This document shows positions 26,071 through 39,500 of a stretch of DNA of 64,000 bases, piece after piece. Below the pieces are notes generated by a model. That model was given only the letters and a program-made list of their open reading frames with translations. It was not told the origin of the DNA and searched no databases. Both the position numbers and the translations under genes were made by a program. The DNA comes from Mobula hypostoma (lineage: Eukaryota), in NCBI RefSeq assembly GCF_963921235.1, contig NC_086097.1:25236001-25300000 (forward strand). The letters run 5' to 3'. Positions within the stretch are counted from its first letter, which is position 1, and each line of letters opens with the position of its first letter.

Positions 26071-26399
26071 TCCTCAGGGGATATCAAGTTAAGAGTTCAA
26101 CAATGATGTCTACACAGTGAGGAATAGAACACACACCTAGAAAAGAAAATTATTTCAGCTTCTTCCTTGTACTCATATCTTTTTAGCTTGAAGTAGATGA
26201 ATATAAAATTTGTTGACAAAAAACCATCTCTCTATCCACTCATGACTGGTACCACAAACAGTTGGCAGGTCTCATGGAGAAATGTAGTCAAGGATCACAA
26301 ACTGCACAAGAACTTTGTCAGGTCCCAGATTATGCCCTAGCTACATCTACATGTTTACAGATGAACCACTGTAGTGGGCCATATCTCAGAAAATGATGT

Positions 26400-26726
26400 G
26401 TGGATAGCCAGCCCCAGGGCTGAAATAGCTAACACGAGGGGGCATAGTTTTAAGGTGGCACAGTAGGCACAGAGGGGATGTTGGGGCAAGTTTTTCACAC
26501 AGAGAGTGCTGGGTGCATGGAATGCACTGCCAGCAACAGTGGTGGAAGCAGATACAATAGGGTCTTTTAAGAGTCTCTTAGATGGGTACATGGAGCTTAG
26601 AAAAATAGAGGGCTATGCGGTACGGAATTTCTCAGCAGTTTCTAGAGTAGATTACATTGTCAGCACAACATTATGGGCCAAAAGGCCTGTAATGTGCTGT
26701 AGATGTCTATGTTCTATGTTCTATGA
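26400..26726 (+). mobile_element. CR1 3' end
   Basis: AWNALPATVVEADTIGSFKSLLDGYMELRKIEGY; tail TCTATGTTCTATGTTCTATG. Confidence 0.85.
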
Positions 26727-27600
26727 CTCAGAGTACAGGAAAGAGATAGAGCACTTAGTGCCATGGTGTCACAAAAATATCAACAAAACAAGAGTTGGTC
26801 ATTGACTTCAGGAATGAGGGTGGGTGGGAGGGGTGATGCACAACCTCCTGCTTACATCAACATCGCTGAGGTTGAGATAGTTGAGAGCTTCAGATTCCTA
26901 GGAGTGAACATCACCAATAGCCTGTCCTGCTCCGTCCGTAGATGTCACAGCCAAGGAAGATCATCAATACTGCCACCCTCCATCCACTTCATCAAAAAGC
27001 TAAAGAAACAGCATGTCCCCTTTGACCCTCACCCATTTTTTAATCAATGCACCACAGAAAGCATCCTATCCAGATGCATCACCGCTCAGAACAGCAGCTG
27101 CTTTGTCTGTAACTGCAGGGAGTTGTGGATTCAGCTTAGCACATTATGGAATCCAGCCTCTCCCCCCTCCCACCCCCTCTGGACTCCTCTACAAACTCTT
27201 GCTGCTTTGGTAAAGCAGCCTACATAATCAAAATCCCCATCAACTCCAGAATATTCCTCTTTTGCCATCCCCCCCCCACTGGGCAGAAGATACAAAAGCC
27301 TGAAAGCACATACCTCCATGCTCAAGGACAGCTTCAACTCCACTGCCATAAATATATTGGACAGTTCCCTAGTACAACAAGATGGACTCTTGCATTCACA
27401 TTATACCTAGTTATAGCCTTGCACTTTATTGCCTACCTGCACTGCACTTCCTCTGTAACATATTATTTTGTTTATTGTTTTCCCTTCCACAACCACCTCA
27501 ATGCACTTCTCTAATGAATCTATCTGTATGAAGAGTGAGCAAAACAAATTTTAAAATTGTACCTTGGTACATGTGAGAGTAATAAACCAATTTCCAATTT
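26727..27600 (+). mobile_element. Rex1/Babar-type LINE 3' fragment
   Basis: SEYRKEIEHLVPWCH, EVEIVESFRFLGVNITNSLS, CTTESILSRCITA; family tail. Confidence 0.8.
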
Positions 27601-28304
27601 AATTTTAATTTGAAGCTTACTAAAGTTTCTTCTCCCACCACTCACACTGCTCGTTTATCTCAAGAACATATCAAACCTTTAGTAGTAAAATAGTTTATTC
27701 TGAATTTCCATTTTTAATCCATTAGTGTGCATAAATCCTGTATGTGAGGGGTATGTGTACAAATCATTATGTATTGGACTAAGTAGCAGTGGTACCACAG
27801 TTCAAACAGCTATGTTGCCACTGCAGGCATCAGAATACAAGTGAATGATGAGAATTCATTGCAATCAATGCTGGCAATCACACAGTGCCCATCAACATTG
27901 AATTTCCTGTTCTTTTTTAGCAGGGATTTCTCAACCAAGATAAAGGCTCAAGCCATTTTGGTTCCAATTCAAACTCCCAACAAAAATTTTCCCGCAGAGA
28001 TACAGCAGTTAATTTGACATAGGGCCAGAGAAATTTGTACCCCATTTGGTCAGCTGCAATTAAACTGGAGGCAGACAGCCCTTTGTAAGCAGAACACTTT
28101 TCTGTACTTGAAATCCAAACTACAATTGTTCCAAGCAGAAACAGCATGCAAATATTCAATGCCAAAATGTAGGGAGATGAATATAATAAATAAATGTAGG
28201 AGATTAATGCTGGTAGCTAATGAAAATCTCAAACCAAATATTGATTGATATTCTTTTACACATGGAAATATTGATGGCAGAACCAAGACAGGTGGCTGAA
28301 GTTA

Positions 28305-28866
28305 AACATAGAACAGTACAGCACAGTACAGGCTCTTCTGCCCACAATGTTGTGTTGACCTTTAACCTACTCCAAGATGAATTTAATCCTTCCCTCCCAC
28401 ATAGCCCTCTATTTTTCTAACACCCATGAGCTTATTTACAATTCTCATAAATGTCTCTAACACATCGGCCTCTATCACCATGCCTGGCAGTGTGTTTCAG
28501 GCACCTACCACTCTCAATATAAAAACCCATTTCCAACATCCTCCCTATACTTTCCTCCCAAACTTTAAATTTCTGCCCTCTTGTAATAGCCATTTCTGCC
28601 CTGGGAAAAAGTCTCTGGCTATCCACTCAGTCTATGCCTCTTATCATCTTGGACACCTCCATCAAGTCGCCTCTCATCTACCTTTGTTCGAAAGAGAAAA
28701 GCTCACTCAACCTATTCTCACAAGAGATGCTTTCTAATCAAGGCACCATCCTGAGAAATCTCCTCTGTACTATCTCTAATGCTTTCACATGATTCCTGTA
28801 ATGAGGCAACCAGAAATGAATACAATACACTGTGTGATCTAACTAGAGTTTTATAGAGCTGCAACA
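28305..28866 (-). mobile_element. CR1 3' fragment
   Basis: MDSQRLFPRAEMAITRGQKFKV and CATAGAACAGTACAGCACAG tail. Confidence 0.8.
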
Positions 28867-29839
28867 ATTCAGGAAAGGATCAAGCAAATCTTGACCTAAT
28901 TTTCTCCACTCCTCTTTTTTCCCCACTGAGATTGAGACGAGGGTCCTTAATGATGGATGTCACCTCTTGGGGCACCACCTTTTGAAGATGCCCTCAATGG
29001 TTGGGAGGCTAGTGCCCGAGATGGATCTGGTTCATAGTTTATTGCCATAGACACCAGGGTACAATGAAATATTTTGCTCAAGTGAAGCACACAAAGTAAA
29101 CAGTGCACATGGTAATAATCAATACATCAAAGAGCACATATCAACAGTAAATGTGGTCTGAAGTGGTCTAAAATGAAATACTGAAGTTACAATAATGGAA
29201 TAACTAGGAGAGGAGGAATTAAGATTCTGAAAATGTAGCAGGACCACTGGGAAAATGGTGTTGGATCTGGTGATACTGATGCAGAGGCTCTTTGGAAATT
29301 GAGAATGAGGCATAAAGCTTTGGACCTTACAGCCATAGTACAAGCACAAAGGATAGACAAAGAAGAGAGAAAGTAAATGAAGTTTTGGCCATCTCCTACT
29401 TAGACTAGAGATAGTGACATTTCATTGATAACAATTAACCTATTGTATAACATAGCCAGAATTAAGTGGTGTGACACTTGCAACAGAAGATAAAGAAGCT
29501 TCTAGAAAATAAATAGTAAGCTATACTACAATTACTAGAATATTTGCTGAACAATTATATCTGAAAATATAAAAAAAATTATAAGCAAGCAAAGGAAAGT
29601 TAAATTACAAGAAAAATAAAGCACACAAAATGGTGGAGGAACTTAGCATGTCAGGCAGCAATAATGCAGAAAAATAAAGAGTCAATGTTTCAGGCCAAGA
29701 CTCTTCATCAGAGTTGGAAAGATAGGGGGAAGAAGTCAAAATAAGAATGTGGGGGCATCCTTAAAATGTTCCTTTAAGCAAGTAACTCAGCCAGCTCCAT
29801 CACAGGCATACCCCCACTATTGAAGACACCTTCAAAAAA

Positions 29840-30700
29840 CATGGCATTGCTGGAGGGCGAGTGACAACTTACTGATGGTTCCCAAAACAAGAAAAACAAC
29901 TGCTTTATTAATAAACACCTTTTCCATAAAAATTTATGGTAAACGATTAAATTTATGGTAAATGATCAATGCAAACAATGCAGAGGCGAGCGAAGGCAAG
30001 GCTGAGTCGAGGGTCGAAGAACACGGGTGCAAGACAAAGTCAAGCAAGCTCGAGGCATGTTCGAGACGGCGTTGCAGAGAGTGGAGCGGAGAAAAGGAGG
30101 AGAGGCAGATTTGGGACCCATCCACCAAAACCAAGAGCAAGATTTCATCGATCTAAGTGTTGGGCCAATTTAGAAAGGTCGGGTATGGGCCAAAACGTGG
30201 CGGCGGGGTCGAAGCCCAGAGCATATTGATGTGACAGGGTCCGGGTCCTAATGCAAGGAATGAGCTGATGTTTGGTTGATTTAAGTGGCAGACTGAATGG
30301 ATCGAAAAGGCAAGGTGTCAGGACAAGAGGCGAGTGTTGGACTGGTTCTACTCGCTGCTCCACGACATGTACTCCGCTCTTCACTGCACTGAGGCTGAAG
30401 CTGTGGGTCTGCTCCGGATTTCGTGCCTGTGGGCTCTACGCTATGTGTTAACTCAGGCTGAGACAGTGGGCCTGCTCCGGCTTTGTGTCACTTTTGTTCC
30501 AAATACTATTTGTTTACTTTTATTGTATGCACAATTTGTTTTTCTTCTCTCTCTCTGCAGACTGGGCGAGTGACAACTTACTGACAACTTACTATTTTTT
30601 AAATGGGTTCTTTTGGGTTTCTTGTTTTGTGGCTGCCTGTAAGGAGATGAATCTCAAGGATGTATAATGAATACCTACTCTGATGTACTTTGAACTTTGA
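29840..30700 (+). mobile_element. Non-autonomous retroelement with GC-rich body and Rex1-type tail, inserted in a Rex1 fragment
   Basis: Ends GGAGATGAATCTCAAGG...TACTTTGAACTTTGAA; host Rex1 sequence GACACCTTCAAAA / AGGTGGTGCCTT is split around it. Confidence 0.6.
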
Positions 30701-30925
30701 AAAGGTGGTGCCTTAAGGAGACAGCATCCACATCAAGGACTCTCACTATCCAGGACATGCCTCTTATTGCTACCATCAAGGAGGTGGTACAACAGCGTGA
30801 AAATCTACATTAGGAACAGCTTCATCCCCTCCATCATCAGAGTTCTGAATAGACAAAGATCCCATGAATACTACTTCACTATTTTTGTTCTCTTTTTGCT
30901 CTACTTATTTAATTTTATAATTATA

Positions 30926-31470
30926 CACTTAGTGGCCACTTTATCAGGTACACCTGTACACTTGCTTATTAATGCAGATATCTAATCAGCCAATCATGTG
31001 GCATTATTTTGATGCAAAAAAGCATGCAGACATGGTCAAGAGGTTCAGTTGTTGTTCAGACCAAATATCAGAATGGGAACGAAAGCTGATCTGAGTGACT
31101 TTGACTGTGGAATAATTATTGATGCAAGATGTGATGGTTTGAGTTTCTCAGAAACTGCTGATCTCCTTGGATTTCATGTACAACAGTCACTAGAGTTTAC
31201 AGAGACTGGTGCAAAAAGCAAAAAGAAAATATCCGGTAATCAGCAGTTCTGTGGGCAAAAATGTCTTGCTAATGAGAGAGGTCAGAGGAGAATGGCCAGA
31301 CTGGTTCAAGCTGACAGGATGGCAACAGTACCTCAAATAACCATGCGCTACAACTGAAGTAAACAGAAGAAGATCTCTAACACACAGCATATTGAACCTT
31401 GAAGTAGGTGGACTATGGCAACGGAAGACCATGAATATACACTCAGTGGTCATTTATTAAATCAGGAGGT
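30926..31470 (+). mobile_element. Non-autonomous Tc1 derivative with transposase N-terminus
   Basis: TA-CACTTAGTGGCCACTTTATCAGGTACACC TIR; ORF 31049-31357 MGTKADLSDFDCGIIIDAR..GLSFSETADLLGF...ERGQRRMARLVQADR.AT..QIT.RYN (Tc1 paired-like HTH); second left-type TIR at 31440. Confidence 0.85.
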
Positions 31471-32449
31471 AGAAAAATAACAGTTCTACACCTTGATCCA
31501 ACAAAGGTGATTGGGTAAGGAGTATAGCAGCAGTGGGGAAGAAGCTGTTCTCTGGTCTGTTGGTCCAGGCTTTCAATTTCTGTATCTTCTCCCAGAAGGT
31601 AAAAGAGGGAAAGGCCATGGTGAAAGGCATCTTTGAAAATACTATTAGCCTCCTTGAGGCAATGCACTGTTAAGAAGGACTGGATGGACAATAGTGTCAA
31701 TGCTGTGATGGACTGGTAGTGTTTAGCACACACTGCAGGTTCCATCAATCCAGAGTGCAGCAGTTGTTCTACCAGGATGAGATGCAACCCATCAGGATAC
31801 TTCCTGGAGCAACAAATGTGATTTCTTTTTAGCTCTTAAACTAAAAGCAAAGGAGCGAGGTCTGCAAATCTCTGTGGGTCCACAGGGGAGGTCAAAATCT
31901 GGTGTCTGCAGGCCTGAATCCACTGGAGGATGGAAGCTGAAGGCCTGTCCTGGGGGTAAGGAACTGTGTATGTCCATGGCTGGAAGGTAGGACCTGTTTT
32001 TGCTGTTGTTGTTTTGTTGCTTGGTGTGTTTTGTTTTACTCTGCCAAACACTGTAGGCATGTTATGTTGGCACCGTCAGGTGTGTTGGTTGTTAATGCAA
32101 CTGAACGTATTTCACTGTATGTTTCAATGTACACATGACAAATAAACTTAAATCCTAAAACTGGAATCTTCAATACTGAGGACCTCAAAGTCAAAAACAG
32201 AAATAATAAAACAATATGATTACATATATTGGAATGCTTAGAAAGAGGAAATTACGATTCTTGGAGATTGTAACATTACTTGTGGATTGATGGAGATCTA
32301 CAAATATTGAAGAACGATGGTGTTTAATAAAGCATTGGTCAGGCTGCTAAATGATATGCTTAAGGAATGAGATACTCTTCAGCTCCTGCAATTACAACTT
32401 CCCAAGAGTAAATGAGACCAAAGAACCTACATATAACCATCAGTAAAGC

Positions 32450-33315
32450 AACAGGCAGGGTTTCCTGGTGGCCAAATATTTTAATTCTGCTCTCCATTGC
32501 ACTCTGAAATGTCAGTCCATAGCCTCATCCACTGCCTTGATGAGGCCACTCTAATGTTGGAGGAGCAACAGCTCATATTGCATCAGGGTGACCTCCAATC
32601 TGACAGAATGAACATCGATTTCTCTAACACCAGTAATTTCTGCCCCCCCGCCCCCCACCACCCAACTCTCTCTTTCTTCACTTCCCATTCTGACTCCTCT
32701 CCTACCCATTTTCTTCTCTTCATCTGCCCATCACCTCCCTCTACTCCTCTTTCCCTTTCTCCCATGGGCCATTCTCCTCTATCAGATTCCTTCTTCGTCA
32801 GCCCTTTATTTTTTCCCACCTATCATCTCCCAGATTCTCACTTCATCATCTCTTCCCCAACCACTTAACTTCCCCCTAACCTGGCTTCACCTATCACCTG
32901 TTTATTCAACTCTGCACTGAATAATGGGACTCTTTCGCAGACTTCAGTTTAGAAACACTATGCTGCTTGTGATTACTGTTTGCATTATTTTTTTCAGTGC
33001 ACATTGTGTTAGAAGGTCTTTATATTATTTATACACACACACACACACACATATAGATTTTGAAGGGTGCCTTTGCTTCGTGGTTGCCTGTTAGAATATG
33101 AATCTCAGGTTGTATAATGTATACAAATGTTGATAATAAATGTACTTTGAACCTGTCAGCTTAAACACTTTTCCCTCCTCCCATCTTCTAATTCTAGCTT
33201 CTGTCCCCTTCCTTTTCTGTCCTGATGAACAGTCTCAGCCAAACATCAACTGGTTATTCCTCTCCAGAGATGCTGCCTGACCTGCTGAGTTGCTCCAGCA
33301 TTTGGTGTGTGTTAC
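32450..33315 (+). mobile_element. Penelope-like 3' fragment interrupted by a SINE-like tail (~32900-33150)
   Basis: ORF 32497 HSEMSVHSLIHCLDEATLMLEEQQLILHQGDLQSDRMNIDFSN (GIY-YIG C-terminus); CCTGATGAACAGTCTCAGCCAAAC at 33220. Confidence 0.8.
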
Positions 33316-35479
33316 CATAAGGAAAGCGAACAAAATAGAAATCATTTATCTTAAATGGCCTAATTCTGCTCCTAGGTATTATGGTTTTGCGTTCTCATGA
33401 ATGTTACAACAACCATAGTGGGATCTCAACTCAGGGCCCCAGATTAATCTATCTATACCTCTTATCGTCTTTAAACCTCTATCAAGTCACCTCTCCTCCT
33501 CCTTCACGCCAAAGAGAAAAGCTCCAGCTCACTCAACCTATCCTCATTAGACATGGTCTCTAATTTAGGGAGAGTGCCAGTAAATCTCCTCTTTAAAGCT
33601 TCCACATCCTTCCAATAATGAAGGGACCAGAACTGAACACAATACTCCAAGTGTGGTCTAAACAGAGTTTTAAAAAGCTGCAACATTACCTTAAGGCTTT
33701 TGAACCCTATCATTAGTACAATACCATATTACCATTGACCCAACACTGACAAGGGATACAAACCTTTTTAAAAATGTAAAAATGTGTCTGTTGATATTGA
33801 AATAATTTATAATAAATTAAAATCCACAAAGTTATAGGCTCTATGAACTGAAGACTAAAGTCCAGAAGATTGTTATAAGGAACAAGCCAGTTGCAAAGGC
33901 AATAAAAAAAACCCTGTAAAATGTAATACTGCAGTTTCTAAATTAAATTATATAATTAATGATGATAAGTGATTATAATTAGGTTGTAATTGTGTCCAAC
34001 AATGTGGAAAATTACCCAGGTATGCCCCATCAGTCTACACTGATTCAGCAGGTGATAAAAGGTGTCAAGAGCAGCACCCTTAAAAGGAATTCATCCACCA
34101 AGAACTGTTCTCCAACCCCCGGTTTGGGTTTTCCTGAACTGCTCTGCACAGTGCTTGTCCAAAAGTAGTTTCCTGAGGTGTATGTGACAGGCTGCCTTGA
34201 GCATCCAGGCAGCATTTGATAATGTGAGGCCTAAAGGAGCCCTGGGCAAACTGAGGTTTATGAAAACTGAAGGGGACAATGTCCACTTACAAAGGAAGGC
34301 AGATGATGCTGTTATTGATCAATCATTATCAGTGCCCAGGACAATGGTTTAAGTACAGATTCAGATTCATTTATTTATCATGAGTATATTGAAACATACT
34401 GTGAAATATATTATTTGCATTAACAACCAACACAATCTAACATTGTGATGAGGCAGCCCCAGGACAACAGCCTTCAGCAGACTCACAAATTCATAGACAT
34501 TGGGCCTTCAACTCCATCTGACTCACAGAGACTTACAGACCCAGGCTTCCACAGACTTCGATCTTCAGTATGGACCTCAGGACTCGCTAATGACAATGAA
34601 TGAGGACCCCAATCACTAGACTGCTTCATTAATGACTTTCCATTATGACCACTGATGTTTGCACATCATTCAAATTCAACTGCAAACTCCAAGAAAATAA
34701 GGTACTCCATGCTTGCAAGCAACAAGACCAGAGAATATTCAGGCAGGAACTAATCAGTAGTAAGTAGTATTCACTCCAAATGCTCTCGTCATTCAGCTTC
34801 CAGTGATTAGGTGGGGATGTAGGAGAGATAACGCTAGCCAAAAAAAATTTTTTAAATCAACCCTATTGATCTAGTGGGCAGCCAGAGACTTTTTACCAGG
34901 GTGGAAATGGCTCGTGTAGGGGTGCATAATTTAAGGTGATTTGAGGAAAGTATAGGGTGTATGTCAGAGATAGGTTTTTTTGCAGAGAGAGTGGTGGGTA
35001 TGTGTAACACACTGCCAGAGATGGAAGTAAACGCAGATATATTAGGGCCATTTCAGAGACTCTTAGATAGGACAAGGAAGAAAAACAAATGGAGGGATGT
35101 GTGAGAGTGAAGAGTTAGATTGATCATAGAGTAGTTTAAAAGGTTGGCGCATCTTGTGGGCTGAAGGACCTGTACTGTACTATGTTGATTTGGACCAGTT
35201 AGGTAAATACCGGGCTGAAAGAGCGAGTCAGGGACGGGTATCCAGCAGTGTGAGTGACTAACCTTGTGACACCCCAAAGCCTTTCCACCATTCAGGCGCA
35301 AGTCAGACGTATGATGGAACGGTCTCCACTTAGCTGAGTGGGTAGAGCCCAGTAGCCTTCAAGAGGCTCCAGCACAGACCTGAACACCTACTGCAGGTGG
35401 CAACTAAACCCCTCCTATACTCCTTTGATTAGTGGAACACTGGATCCACTGCATTGAGTCTACAAGTACACAGTGGAGA

Positions 35480-35715
35480 CTAAACAAACATGAAGTTGCT
35501 GGAAATCCAAGCAACACACACAAAATGCCGGAAAAACTCAGCAGGCCAGGCAGCATCTATGGAAATGGGTGAATAGACCTTTCGGGCCAAGACCCTTCAT
35601 CAAGACTCCTGTATCAGTCTCCTGAAGAAAGGTCTCGGCCTGAAACATCGACTTGTTTACTCATTCCCATTGTTGCTGTCTGGCCTGCTGAGTTCCTCCA
35701 GCATTTTGTGTGTGT
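35480..35715 (-). mobile_element. Penelope-derived fold-back element with 11-bp TSD
   Basis: Inverted arms ~35514-35607 and ~35617-35715; TSD CACAGTGGAGA at 35469-35479 and 35716-35726. Confidence 0.85.
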
Positions 35716-36540
35716 CACAGTGGAGAGTATCCTAACTGGTTGTGTCATGCCCTGGTATGGAAATACCAATACACAGGAACGGAAGTGTGATGGATACAGC
35801 CCAGTCCATCACAGACAAATCCAATGTGTACATTTACATTGAGCACTGTCACAAGAAATTAGAATGCATCAAGGTCCCCCGCCATCTAGGCCATGCCATC
35901 TTCTCACCACAACCATCGGGCAGGAAAAACAAAAGCCTTAGGGCCCACACCACCAGGTTCTGAAACGGTTATTACCCGTAAACTTGACCCACCTCAAGAC
36001 TGAACTGATTGCATAACCTATGGACTCACCTTCAAGAACTCCACAACTCATGTTCTCAGTGTTTATTTATTTGCAGTTTGACATCTTTTGCATATTGGTT
36101 GTTTGTCAGTCTTTGTTTATGTAAGTTTTTTTGTAGATACTATTGCATTTCTATGTTTTTCCCTGAATGCCGGCATGAAAATGATTCTCAAGGTAATATA
36201 TAATGACATATACATACTTTGATAATAAATTTGCTTTAAACTAAACTTTGAATACTGAACTGATTCCAAAACCTGTGGACTCACTTTCAAGAACTCTACA
36301 ACTCGTCCTCAAAATTATTTAGTACTGATTGATTTATTATTATTATCTGTTTTATTATATTTACACATTTTGTCTTCTGCACAGTGGTTGTTTGTTCATC
36401 TTTGTGCGAAGTTTTTCACTGATTCCATTGTATTTCTTTATATCTACTATGAATGCCCACAAGAAAATGAATCTCAGAGTAGTGTATGGTAGCATATAGA
36501 ATACGTACTTTGACTTCAAATTTATTTTTATCTATGAACT
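35716..36540 (+). mobile_element. Rex1/Babar-type 3' fragment with two tandem 3' UTR tails
   Basis: VESILTGC, SGRKNKSLRAHTTRF; UTR starting ACTGAACTGATT at ~35999 and again at ~36254. Confidence 0.75.
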
Positions 36541-39500
36541 AATGATACTACCCAAGACTTCGCCAACAGCAGTACCTCCAAAAGCCATGGCTTCTACAGC
36601 CAAAAAAGTAAAAAGACAATAGGTGCTCGGGAACATTACTGCCTCCAAATCCTTTCCATTAAGTATTACCTTTACTTCATTGCTGCTAGATCGACAGCCC
36701 AGAAACCCCTACTTAATAATGTTGTATGGATCCTTTATCACCTGGGCTAAAGGAATATAAGGAAAGGGCTCAGAGGCTCTTAACAACAGGCATGGTCTTT
36801 GCCAACCTCACCCAGATCATGGACAAAAGTCAAATTGAGAAAGAAGACTATGCTTGTAATAACAAAATAGTGGAAACCAGAGGTCATGTAATCAAAAGGC
36901 ACTTGGAATATTGCGTTCAGTTCTCGTCACTTCATTATAATAATAGGAAGGATGTGGAAGCTTTAGAGAGGGTGCAAATGATGCCTAGATTAAAGAGCAT
37001 GTTTTATGAGAATAAATGGAGAGGGCTGGAGCTTTTCCCTTTGGAGCAAAGGAGGGTGAGGTGACTTGACAGAGTTGAGCAACACGATAAGCGAGATCAT
37101 AAGATAATAAGAGGGTCATAATTTTAAGCTGATTGGAGAAAAATATAGAGGGAATACAAAGAATGTGGCAGGTATGTGGAATGCCCTGCCAGAGTTCATG
37201 GTAGAAGTAAATACCATATTGATATTTAAGAGACTTTAGGTAGGCATATGGATGATAGCAAAATGGAAGGCTACCTGGGAGTGAAGGGTTAGATTGATCT
37301 TAGAGTAGGTTATGTGGTCAACACAACATCCTGGGCCAAAGGGCCTTTACTGTGCTATAGCGTCCTTTTCCCCATGTTCTATATTAAAACTCTAGGAATA
37401 CATCCAAAATTCAACCCTGGAGGGAAAGAAGAGAAGAGAAAAAAACTCACAATATGTATTTAAAGGCACTTTTCTCCACCTCGAGTCAAGAACATTGAAT
37501 TAGTGAAACATTCATCATGTTTAACTGCAGTGAGATGCCTATTTCTTTTTTCGGACACATCTGGTGAACAGGTCAGCATGGGGCATATATGGCACTGATT
37601 ACAGAGGCAGGGCAGCGAGCTGCGGTCAAGAGCTCCCGGCTCTTTATACTTTCCACATCCTGCTCATGAGGGAACTCCTACAATACTGCCGGTAATGTGG
37701 AACATCCTTCCAGTGACATTTTTACCAGCACAATTTAAAGAGGCTGATACGCCCACATCTTTCACACCTCTGCTTTTTCAAGTTTTTACTCAACTACTGC
37801 CTCAGTTGCCGCTTGAAAGAATACTAGATGTGAAATCTGCCACTGAAAAGGCGATAATTACTTCAGGACAAGGAGAAAATAATGATAAATTTACGTCCAA
37901 ATGACATTGCACATTTTAACAATCACAAAGATGGCAATTTTGATTAAATTTTCTCCGTTATTAAGTGAGCTGCTTCATTAAAAATGGCATCGTACCATTC
38001 CACTGAAGCAAATACTTGGTAAATTGAAAGGAATTCACCAGAATAATAGATAAAACCACGTTTATACTGGCAAGGGTCCCCGTAGCATAAAGCAGACTTT
38101 GACTTCTGAGTCACGGTACATTGACCCTGACATTTCCAGCGAATAGGATCTATTTATCATATTATACTCATGAATGCTAGCAACAGAATGGGTTCCTAGA
38201 ACAAGAGTTCAGAGAGATCAGACAGATCACACTGTGTACTGTATTGTCTGGTTAGCAATCGCCAACTTACCCACTTTTTAAGAGTCAGGCATCCGTCACA
38301 ATTTATAATAAAAGGGACTATCAAATTTGATGGATGTGTCCTCATTACTACCAATAATCAGTTGCTTTTGCAACTACTAATTAAGCATGGAGGATTCTTT
38401 CAAATTCAGAAATATGCCATTGCAATCAGAATTGGTATTGGTTTATTACTATTATAGACATTGGGTGAAAAACATAGAACATTACAGCATAGTACAGACC
38501 CATAATGCTATGCTAACCTTTTAATCTACTTTAACATCAATTTAATCTTTCCCTCCTACATGGCCCTCCATTTTCTATCAGCCATGTGCCTATTTAAGCT
38601 TCTTAATTTCTCTAAAGTATCTGCCTCTACCACCACCCCTAGCAGGGTGTTCCACACACTCACCATTCTGTAAAGAAAATCCTAGAAAGGAAGTCAATGG
38701 AATTGGAATTGGAAATGGTTTATTATTGTCACATGGACCAAATATAGTGCAAAGCTTGTCTTGCATACAGTTCGTACAGATCAGATCATTGCACAGTACA
38801 TTAAGGTAACACCAGATAAAACAATAACAGAATGTAGAAAAAAAGTGCAACAGCTATAAAGAAAGTGCAGTGCATAGAGTCAGAGCACCACAGCACAGAA
38901 AGAGGGCCTTCAGCCCATTTTACCTGGTCCCATCAACCCGCACCAACCATCCTTATACATATCCAAACTTCTCTTAAATGTTGCAGACGAACCCACATCC
39001 ACCACTTCTGTTCATCCACCACTTCCACACTCATACACCCTCTGAGGAAAGAAGTTACCCCCTCATGATCCTCTTAAATATTTCACTTTTCACCTTTAAC
39101 CTATGACTCCTAGTTGAGGTTTCAGCTAACCTTAGTGGAAAAGGCCTGCTTATATTTACCCTATCTATGCCCTTTTGTATACATCTATTATGAATCCCCT
39201 CATTCTACTCCATTCCAGGAAATAAAGAGCATCTAAACAATGAAGTGCAGATGATAACAAGGTAGATTGTGATTCTCTTTGACTTTTGTTATTCTTATTG
39301 ATTTATAATATTATAGAATGTATTGTATGGAATGATCTCATACTAAGGAAAAGACTGTAATGATCCAGGTTTGATTAGGGAGCTTAAAGTAAAGAAAACA
39401 CAGGAAGGCAATGATCATAATATGATAGACTTCACCCTGCATTACGAGAGGGAGAAACTAAAGTGAGATATATCAATATTACAGTGGAGTAAAGAGAATT

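Larger units (their letters stand above)
33990..36830 (+). mobile_element. Ancient CR1/L2-group LINE broken into at least four collinear pieces by younger insertions
   Basis: PTMWKITQVCP (33995), AAFD (34210), INDF/QQD region (34630-34780), TPQSLSTIQAQVRRMME (35270), 3' remnant ~36540-36830. Confidence 0.55.
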
